In this document: piece after piece, positions 53,945-64,000 of the stretch
Position numbering within the stretch: the first letter of the stretch is position 1
Layout of the letters: each line of letters starts with the position of its first letter
Source of the DNA: Octopus vulgaris
Lineage: Eukaryota
DNA: 64,000 bases
Direction: 5' to 3'
NCBI GenBank assembly: GCA_951406725.2
Contig: OX597825.1
Coordinates: 69,254,001-69,318,000 of the forward strand
Program-made: the position numbers and the translations under genes
The notes under the pieces: generated by a model
The model's database searches: none
Seen by the model: the letters and a program-made list of their open reading frames with translations, nothing else
Told to the model about the DNA's origin: nothing

Positions 53945-55057
53945 ATCAAGGTGTGATGCTAGAGCTGTAGAATTTTGCATGCACCAATTTCAAATCTTCT
54001 TGTTAAGAACGGCATTGATTTTCTTCATGTAAACTGATATCTGACACCTGAAAGAGGTCTTTAAATGTAACTGGTAACCACTTCTCTTAAAATAGACAAA
54101 CCTTTGCATCGTGATGTTATCAAGTACCTGCAAAAAAAATGTACTTAGCCACCAAAGGCATTCCTGCTGATATAGTTACTACATCAGATGACACTCCAGC
54201 TTTATCAACAGTGTGAAGTGGACAGATGAATTTAGGATGGGCGGGAGGGCCTTGAAAACCACACAAGGTCTGGACATCCTGCAACTGTCACCACTGTGGA
54301 AACCATTGGTCGTGTTCAGCATATAGTATAGACGACAGGCTATTGACTTAAAACCCAATAGCCATTGCTATAAGCGTATCCCATGAGAGACCTAAGAATA
54401 TTCTGCTCAACGAATTTGGCATGACGAAGGTTTATGCTCAGTGGGTGCCACGTATTCTGACATCTGATCAAAACTCACATCACGAAAAAATCTGACATTA
54501 TTTGAGTCAGATTCAGCTGGTTTCCTTGAACATTTCCTGAGCCACGACGAGTTCTGAGTATATCACTTTGAACCAAAAACAAAAAAAGGTAAATCCATGG
54601 AGTGAAAACACCCGCCTCATCTGCTCTCCAAAAGGCCATGGTATTTTCATCAGCAGAGAAGGTGGTGGCTCATGTTTTTGGGGATGCAAAAGGCATCCCC
54701 AAAATTTTATTGAATTTTATCTTCAACAGGGCCACAAGACCAATGGAGAGTACTACGCCTAGATGCTGAGGCAATTACGAAAGGCTTTCAAGGGCAAATA
54801 CTCAGGGTAACTGACGCAAAAGGGTTTTGTTTCAAGACAATGCCACATTACACACAAACTTGGTTTCAATGTCTGAAGAGCGTGATTGTGTCTTTTAACT
54901 GGTTGGTTACCCTCCCAATTATTCTGATTTGGCCCAATCTGGGATCGAAGCACTGCAAATTCAATGGAAGAAGTGCGTGGACCGTAATGGGAACTATGTT
55001 GAAAAAATAACTTATTTGGCCACATTCCTTTAGTGAATGTTTCAGTCGACCCACGAG
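53945..55057 (+). mobile_element. Decayed mariner transposon (transposase pseudogene)
   Basis: Ordered motifs across frameshifts: SGHP, WVPRILT (WVPHEL-like), DExxxxHFEP, VFGDAKG, QDNA and YS-DLA (YSPDLAP-like). Confidence 0.85.
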
Positions 55058-56211
55058 GTAAATTTTATTCAAATTTCAAAAACGATAAATAAGAATTGTG
55101 GAAAAGATAGTATATAACTACAAAAGAATGTCATGAAACACTTGGCTAGAAATATTTTTCCTGTTAATTCAGATAGCATTGGAACATCTACAAAAATAGT
55201 AAAAAAAAAACAAAAAACAAACAAAAAACAAGCGAAGTGACAACCCTAGCGGTTTTCTGTAGCATACTGATTTGTTGTGTACATAAACAAATTGGTTGTT
55301 TGTTTTTCTGACATTGGTCCTTATTGATGTAGACATCAATGAAAAGCCAATGAGTTTCGAAAAAAGATTAAGGCAGTTCATTATTTCGGTCTTCGAAGAA
55401 ATAACTAAATTAACCCTGAGACAAACAAACGTGCACGCACACTCATACATATGCACATACACCCACAGGCACTACACAAAAACATATACACAAACACACA
55501 CACTCAGGCATACATATATATATATTGCCTTTTCTAGAGTATTCGGTGATGATCATCGATTATCCGCTATATATAAGGATATTCATAATGGTGGAAGTGC
55601 ATGAGAGAGCGCTCGGAAAGAAATATCTTACGCTTACATTGTTGTAAACCAGTAAACAAATGCCAGATATGTGTCTCTGTTGCAGCATCTGTTTGTAAAT
55701 CAATAGACATGATCATTATATCGTTCCAAATAATTATAGTCAGAAATTTGATTATGGATGGACCGTGGTGCCGCGTAGTACTAAATCATATGTACAGAGC
55801 CTCTATTATTGTTACTACATAAATACACACAGTTACACACAGACACACACATACACACACGTACACGGCACGTATACACAGACATATGCGTACACACTAA
55901 TTTGACTTCTGTAACATAATGCAATGAAAATTTCCCCAGATGTTTTCTTCTGGTTAAACATCCAATTGGTCTTGCTATATCCAATGCAGAAGCTAAAACG
56001 AAGCAGAGGTTTCCAGCTGTCTTCATTATCGACTAAATTTTCTCGTCCATGTTAAATGTCAAAATAACTATTTGCATGATTTCCCTACCCTATAGTGACA
56101 ATGACTAAGAAACTAGAAACGCATATAAGGAACATATGTCGTAATACAGTTGGTCGGAACTCTTGGATATGGTACTGAAGCATGGCCACAAGCCAATGTC
56201 TGAAACGCCAT

Positions 56212-56392
56212 GATAGATCGCTAGCCACTACACATTCTTTATTTTCTCTCCTTGTTTCCTTCTGTGTTCCATTCTGTGGAAGAGCGTAGGCTCGAAACGT
56301 TAAAGACATTTTCACTCCCCGAGCGTTATACTAATACATCTGTTTGTTGTCTACACCACCTGTTTTCATCTTTTGTTTTTTTGTGAATTCTC

Positions 56393-56395
<3 letters not shown>
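56212..56395 (+). mobile_element. pLTR-like repeat with variant HHR core (copy 3), abutting (TA)n
   Basis: CUGUGGA(56274-56280)-A-GAGC-GUAG-GCUC-GAAAC-GUU-AAAG. Confidence 0.75.
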
Positions 56396-56476
<81 letters not shown>

Positions 56477-57232
56477 CTATGGGTTGCGACAGAGAGAGGG
56501 AGAACGAGAGATAGAGAGTGAAAGAGATGATAGATAGAAAGAGATACGAATGGGTAAACAATGAACAGGAGTGGCACTGAGTACACACAATAACTGGAGT
56601 GATATTTATTCAGTCACTGGTTGGCTTGTTTGCTCTATTTAATTAAAAGCTCATGCACATGAAAGAAAGGGTTCAGATCCCCGGTTATATGGGGCCATAT
56701 GTGTGAGGAGACCCAAGTCAGCGAACTTTTTCTCTTCAAGTAAACATTGGGTGTATAGAGGCGTGGGCACTACCGGTCTCCTTAAAAAAAAAAAAGAAGA
56801 AATCTTGCCCATGCTTGTTTATACATGTGAAGGTGAATTGTCAACTTTGATTGGCGGGGGCTTCAGATTTATCAGTAAACGAATGAAACGGATGGAAAGC
56901 GCTAGCTATTAATTCTCAAAATAAAAGAAAAAATGAAACACATGTAATAACGTAGCTTTATATATCAGATGGGATTCTTACGGCTTGCTCAACTATGATC
57001 ATAGTTCTGATCGATGAATGCCAGTTTGAAAATAAACAATAATTGTAGCCACAGCCAAATCTCGAAACAATAACAGTAGCATGTAATATAAGGTTATTTT
57101 AAAATGGGTTTGTATGAAGTAGTTTTATTACTTGCGTTTATATGTTTCTTCTCTAGAAAAGCATTTCCCTGTACAATGTTTCCGTGATGATTATATATTA
57201 TATAACAGACATTTAAACTCTGATCTCCTGCA

Positions 57233-57265
<33 letters not shown>

Positions 57266-57266
<1 letters not shown>

Positions 57267-57328
57267 TTATATCTCTTAGGTGTTGCAAATATGTAAACAC
57301 ACACATACATATGCGTGTATACATACAT

Positions 57329-57384
<56 letters not shown>

Positions 57385-57516
57385 TTATATCTCTTATGCC
57401 GTTACAAATATGTAAACACACACATATATGTGTGTGGATATATATATATATATATATATATATACTTATATCTCCTATGCCGTTACAAATATGTAAACAC
57501 ACACATATATGTGTGT

Positions 57517-57552
<36 letters not shown>

Positions 57553-57608
57553 TTATATCTCCTATGCCGTTACAAATATGTAAACACACACATATATGTG
57601 TGTGGATA

Positions 57609-57647
<39 letters not shown>

Positions 57648-57695
57648 TTATATCTCCTAGCCGTTACAAATATGTAAACACACATATATGTGCAT
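57266..57695 (+). repeat. Compound minisatellite: five ~50-bp units separated by variable (TA)n
   Basis: Unit CTTATATCTCCTATGCCGTTACAAATATGTAAACACACACATATATGTG at ~57266, 57384, 57465, 57552 and 57647. Confidence 0.9.
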
Positions 57696-58424
57696 CTATA
57701 CATATATATATATATGTATGTATATGCATATATACATGTGTGTGTATATATATGTATATGTATATATACATGTGTGTGTATAGCTAAGTATAAGCATATT
57801 TCCCCTTGTCAAATAAATAAAACATTACCTTATTCTCTGTTATGGCGATGTAAATAATACTTTACGAAACATAACTGATGACACATACCATGTTATTCGA
57901 TAAATGCTTCGGCAAATAATAACATACGTAGTTTGTTTTCGGTTTTCTTTCACGATATTCTGTTCTAGAGCGACAACTAAATGAAAATTTTAAGGTAGTT
58001 TTCGACCTCCGTGTGAAAAAGTATATAAATAATTTACTACAGTAGAAATAAGAAAAAAGTATCTTACATGAAAAGTTAGTTGTTTTAGATACAGTTTGGA
58101 AGTCAGTTACCAACTTTGTATTATCACATGAGGAGCTGCTAGATATACTAAAGTAAATCTGTCGCAAATTTTCCCTATTGAATATTGTATGTCTGAAAAA
58201 CATAGAATGGATTATTACGACTAGAGTGGAATTTGTTGCAGCATAAGTATGCTAACCTTAAAGGTCAGCGGCTGTCTAACAACAACGATGATAACTATAA
58301 CATCGGCAACAATTATTACGGGAACTTGGCGTAGATGACATAAACAATAAAAAAAAAATGAGATCGAATTCAAGTGAAAATATAATTGTAAAATAGTGGA
58401 TCGCAGAAACGTAATATTGATATC

Positions 58425-58615
58425 AAATTTTGAAACACAGCTAGCATTTTCGTGGGTAGCAGGTCAGTTAATTATATCGACTCTAATATTCAAATGATAA
58501 TTGTTTTATCGACCTCGGAAGGCTGAAATGCAAGGTTGATCTCGATGGAATTTGAAAGCAGAAGGTAAGCATTTTTGTCCTGCCTGCTAACGATTTAGCC
58601 AGCACGCCACCTTAC
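58425..58615 (-). mobile_element. SINE family D, degenerate
   Basis: Homologous to 63796-64000. Confidence 0.65.
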
Positions 58616-58653
58616 ACAGACAGGTAATATCATACACGCTTATGTTCATATGC

Positions 58654-58985
58654 GAAGGCGCATGGCTTAGTGGTTAGATCGTAGAGCTTACGATCGTGAG
58701 GTTGTGAGTTCGATTCCCGGACCAGGCTGTATGTTGTGTTCTTGAGCAAGACACTTTACTTCACGTTGCTCCAGTTAACTCAGCTGTAGAAATGAGTTGC
58801 GGCATCACTGGTGCCAAGCTGTATCGGCCCCTTTGCATTTCCCTTGGATAACATCAGTGGTGTGGAGAGGGGAGGCTGGTATGCATGGGCGACTGCTAGC
58901 CTTCCATAAACAATCTTGCCCTGACTTGTGCCTCGGAGGGTAACTTTCTATGTGCAATCCCACGGTCATTCATGACCGAAGGGGG
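58654..58985 (+). mobile_element. SINE family C, full length (tRNA-derived)
   Basis: A box TGGCTTAGTGG, B box GTTCGATTC and central CTTGAGCAAGACACTT block. Homologue at 6569-6810. Confidence 0.85.
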
Positions 58986-59224
58986 TTTTCTCCTCCTATG
59001 TTTATATAGAGGTATATGTTTTAGTTTATATTATATATTTTGTATTACTTATTATCTAATGATATTCTATTTCACCATATTTATTCGATGGTAGATATGG
59101 TCAATGTCGGAAAAAGATTTTGATAATAAACTTTTCTACTATAAGCGCCAGGACAGAAGAATTGTGGGGAGGGACCTTGTTGATTACATTAACCACAGTG
59201 CTCTACAGATACTTTAGAGATTTA

Positions 59225-59287
59225 GACAAACTCCTGAATGACAAAGTGGGTCTACTGGAAACCCACTTTGTCGTTCAGGAGTTTGTC
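59225..59287. repeat. 27-bp hairpin with a 9-nt loop
   Basis: GACAAACTCCTGAATGACAAAGTGGGT-CTACTGGAA-ACCCACTTTGTCGTTCAGGAGTTTGTC, with one U-G pair. Confidence 0.9.
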
Positions 59288-60656
59288 CTCCTCCTCCAGA
59301 AATTTGTCCAAATATTTTTCTTTCATTAAATCATTGCACCGCATTGGGCACGCAATTGTCTTAGAAAGACTTCGGGATTTCTCCTCTCTCCACTCTTGAA
59401 CCAATGAGACTTCTTGTCAGATTGCGCCATTTTGACTAGTACTGATGGAATTATGTCCGATAATCACTGTTTCCAATGATTTGGTTTTCTCTCTTTTACA
59501 ATTCCTGCCAATTTCAGCGATCTTGCTAAGCGTTATTACTAATAAGGTGTACATTTACAAAGAGGATACCGCCATTTATTCTCCCATAACCGTCAATAGT
59601 TAAAATTATACTTATACAACTTAAATAACTCACGAAAAGTTTGTACCGACTCCAAAAACACAGACGGATTGTATGTATATGAAAGAAAATACCTACATGT
59701 GAGTGTGTGCACAATTGCTTCTTGATCCGTTCTTGTAATTGATAATATAATATTGATTGTATATATACTTTTAAGAATTAGATATGTTGAAGAAGCAATT
59801 TGTGCAAACATCCCTACAAAAATGCTAAGGAAAATTAAATCAACGTGCAACCGAAAAAGTAGCGGATCTGTTACATTTATGGTAATCTGGAATCCATTAT
59901 TGAGATCTATATTGGAAAAGAAAAAAAATCGTAAGTTCATTTGAACAAGAATTTGTAGCAACTTCAAAACCATGCAACATTGAATAAATATCCGTTGATG
60001 CTAATTGAATTTATACACTCCTAGTTGTGTGTTAAAAGACGAAAACTTTCAAGCAAATAATCATATCTGTTTTACCGTAGTAAAGCTTTCGAGCAGAAAT
60101 TTATCGTAATATCCAACTCCAAATATAAATCCGTTCTAATACATTTACAACATTATTAATCAGACATCCAATTAAGTTTACTGTTTTCCATTTTTACTAA
60201 ACTCACAAATGCTATCAACCAGATCATGGACCAACTACTTTTGAATACATCGCTAACTACATTTAATACCAATGTACACTGTATATTAGAAAGAATACAA
60301 GAAATAATCATTTATGCCATTTATAGATACATTACCATTGTTTGTTCGGTACCTTTGGTACACATTTGCGGATACATTAATATTATTTACAAGAATTCGA
60401 TCGTTCTAATTGCTTCAGTTCTGGTTTGTAAACACGAAAAGTGGAAGCCAATTTCTTTCACCAGGATGTGCATCACAAGTCAATACACTGTAAAAATATT
60501 CAACAAGACTACACAAAAGTGACAAAGACAAGAAAAAATGGACTCCGTAAATTTAGATTGTAGGACAAATTAGAAACGATATATTTTGGGTGGGCCCCAA
60601 TTAACTGAGAAACAATTAAGTTAACGGTCACTTTCCATATCGTTTACCTGCAATGC

Positions 60657-60708
<52 letters not shown>

Positions 60709-60729
60709 GTGTGTGTATGTAGGCGTCTG

Positions 60730-60816
<87 letters not shown>

Positions 60817-61034
60817 GTCTGTATATCTAGATGTAATGATAAAGTCATTTGCATAGTATCACAGCAAATTTTAAAAAAAATATTCCGTATGATAGTTCTC
60901 TATATTAACGGAAGACAACTAGTATTCTAGGGCAGGAGAGGCAGTTGATTTAATCAATGTGAATATATCATGACTGTTTGTTGACAAATTTCTCCGCTGT
61001 ATCAGGGTTCGAAACTAATTATCATCTTATTTGT

Positions 61035-61448
61035 TTCTTTTACTAGTTTCAGTCATTCAACTGCGAACATGCTGGAACACCGCCTTTAGTCGAGCAAATC
61101 AATCCCAGGACTTATTCTTTGTAAGCCTAGTACTTATTCTATCGGACCCTTTTGCCGAACCGCTAAGTTACGGGGACGTAAACACACCAGCATCGGTTGA
61201 CAAGTGATGTTGGAGGGACGAACACAGGCACACAAGCGTATGTATATATATGTGTGCGTGTACACACATACATATATATATATATATACATATATACGAC
61301 GGGGTTCTTTCAGTTTCCGTCTACCAAATCTACTGACAATGCTTTGGTCGGCCCGGGGCTATAGTAGAAGACACTTGCTCAAGATGCCAAGTAGTGGGGC
61401 TGAACCTGGAACCATGTGGTTCGTAAGCAAGCTACTTACCACAGAGCC
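61035..61448 (-). mobile_element. SINE family A, near full length
   Basis: Homologous to 21623-22031. Confidence 0.9.
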
Positions 61449-61944
61449 TATAAACAATTTATATTGCTTAAGAACAATATAAATTCATTAGAGGTTTTAT
61501 GAAATTGACGTCGACGAGATTAGAACTGGTAATGCTGAGGATTGAGGGATATTTTAGTGTACTTCTACTGCTACCATTTGACCTGCGAAAGAGAAACTAA
61601 ATGTTATAGTGACAAAATTTCGCATAACTTTATATAATCTGAAATAATTCGATATTGATACATGGCCCCCATATAAGCCTTCAATATTTATCTAATAAAT
61701 AATAAAATTAAAAAGAAGCAAAATGCACCGATAAATAAAAAGTTTTTTTAATTAATTTAGGATTAATGAAAGATAATTGAGCTAAACTTTAATGAATGTT
61801 GTGACTTAGAATAAAAGTGTATGTATAAATATCTGTACATACGTATGTACGTATGTATGTATTTATGTATGTATGCATGCATGCTTGTATATCTGTATGT
61901 GTGTTCATGTACGTGTGTATGCATGTGTGTACCTACGCATGCGT

Positions 61945-61982
<38 letters not shown>

Positions 61983-62044
61983 ACATATATATATACCTAC
62001 ATATATATGTACACATACACACACACTCACATACACACACACAC

Positions 62045-62076
<32 letters not shown>

Positions 62077-63795
62077 TCAAAACCTTTAAAATATATTGTA
62101 TTTTTTGCTTGAATTAATTAATGAATTAAATGAATCTAACGTGAACCGAAATTAATCTAACCTTAATTAATAATATCAAAACGCTTTTCGCTCAAGTGTG
62201 ATTATATCAAACAAAACTTTGCTTCTTTTTTATTTGTATTTCATCATCATGCAGAGTCGGTTGAATCCCACACTGCCCTAACTAACAAGTTTTATTAAGC
62301 TTTTCTTTCAATCTGGCAAAATTAATTTTCTTTCACAATTCAGATAAGCTCTTACGAAGGGAGAGCCTTGTATGAAAAATAATATCTGTTTTTTTTTTTT
62401 CTGTTAACACAAGAAAAAATACAGCTAAAAAACCACCCCTTGTGTATGAAAATTTCGTTTGCATTAAATCTAATCCACTTTTTATAACATGTTATACTTG
62501 ATGCATTGAAAATCTTTCTTCAGAAACAAGGAAAGTGATATTTTGTGGCAGAGACAATAGCTTCAATAGAAGCAATCAGCAAGCGGATCTAGCAAGGCAT
62601 ATCAGTAACGAAATAAAAATAGAAGTGGAAGGACTTAATTTTCATTGGTTTAGATACAAATTAGTTTTGCTAAATCTGCAGCCCACAGCAAAGTAAATTC
62701 GTTTATATTCATAATCATTTCCCCCTCTCACCCTTCTGATTAATACACACTTAAGACTAGAGCTCTTGCATCGCTGTTTACACTTTTCACGATTAACACT
62801 GTTATCTATTTAGCTTATCTTCACTGCGAAGCTTAAGAAGGAGACATTCATCTCTAGAACTAATGAATTGAATCAAAGATGAGAGCTATCTTAATTAACT
62901 ATTTTAAAATTCAAATTAATTTAAACCACCAAATAAAATTTTAAATGGGCGACGTTTGTAAGTGACGTGCACATGTGATGTATCATAGTAACATTGTTTA
63001 GTGATCGTATTTGTTTTGCCTCTCATATCAGTTTACAATGATCTCATTCAGATTCTCTAGTCTATAGATGGTAAATACATGAATTGTATTTCTGCTTTAA
63101 AAGATTTATCGTGCATAGAGTTTTTGATTATGTTTTATATAGTTTAAATAGTAAATAGTCTAGAAAATAAATGGGGATGTACCCCGAGGTGTGACATGAT
63201 AGAAAATATCATTCAAATTCATCTCAAATCACATCTAGAGCTTAGAAACTATTCGCAGCCAATATAAGTCAATATAAGCCAATATACTTTCGTTAATTGT
63301 TTTAGATAACTATGTACTCGCAAGAAGACAGAATCTCTCACACACCTCTCAGGCTTGACCCAGCAGAACGTCCACAATGGGGCATTCGTTGAGAGAGTGC
63401 TGTCATAGCAATGATTTTCAGCTATTTCAATGGCTAGCGTGAAAATAAAGTGCCACTATGCTCAAGGTAAAATCGCGACACCCGATCCAAAAATCGAAAG
63501 CCCGAACTTAAAACTAACACCTTATACAAAAGGTAAGGTCACATGTTTTCACACGCTACCATCTTAAAACGAAAGGTAAGACGCTTTGTTATGTGTAGTC
63601 CCAGATGAATTCTACTATCAAAATATACATAGCTGATCCAAAATGTAAAGCTTTACATCACGTTAGTGAAGTAAATAAACATTGAATAAGAACTAAACAA
63701 TACAATGACGGCAAAGCCAACGACAGCAACGTGGATCATGATATCAATAACAACAGTCGCAAACTGTATATGTTTGCTGGCGTATCATTATATTA

Positions 63796-64000
63796 CCTAT
63801 TTCTTTACTACCCACAAGGGGCTAAACACAGAGAGGACAAACAAGGACAGACAAACGAATTAAGTCGATTATATCAACCCCAGTGCGTAACTGGTACTTA
63901 ATTTATCGACCCCGAAAGGATGAAAGGCAAAGTCGACCTCGGCGGAATTTGAACTCAGAACGTAACGGCAGACGAAATACGGCTACGCATTTCGCCCGGC
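63796..64000 (-). mobile_element. SINE family D, well-preserved copy running off the window edge
   Basis: Reverse complement of the 28851-29063 family. Confidence 0.9.

Noticed and set aside
57266-57695. CRISPR-like array
   Set aside because: The spacers are (TA)n, the context is eukaryotic and there are no cas genes.
58654-58730. tRNA genes at SINE heads (also 13285, 21623, 26806)
   Set aside because: A and B boxes are present, but the sequences continue into SINE bodies and lack a complete cloverleaf.

Overview
AT-rich, microsatellite-dense animal genomic DNA. The SINE families and repeat landscape suggest an octopus or other cephalopod (inference). No intact host protein-coding gene is recognisable, and almost all predicted ORFs are microsatellite artefacts. 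Mobile DNA dominates: four SINE families, a young 5'-truncated CR1-group LINE with a near-intact RT (49961-51772, minus), LINE 3' remnants, two non-autonomous Helitrons, a decayed mariner and MITEs. The most notable signal is a dense set of Penelope-like element (PLE) pieces, mostly embedded in (TA)n, often folded back as palindromes and carrying type I hammerhead ribozyme (HHR) motifs from several sequence families. The best example is a 2.2-kb near-perfect palindrome (14104-16277) with a GIY-YIG endonuclease C-terminus and one complete HHR per arm. Also seen: a covarying 3' stem-loop shared by the LINE and the main SINE, and low-confidence minus-strand remnants of LRR/LGR-type receptor genes. 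All calls were made by eye and the ends of degenerate repeats are approximate.
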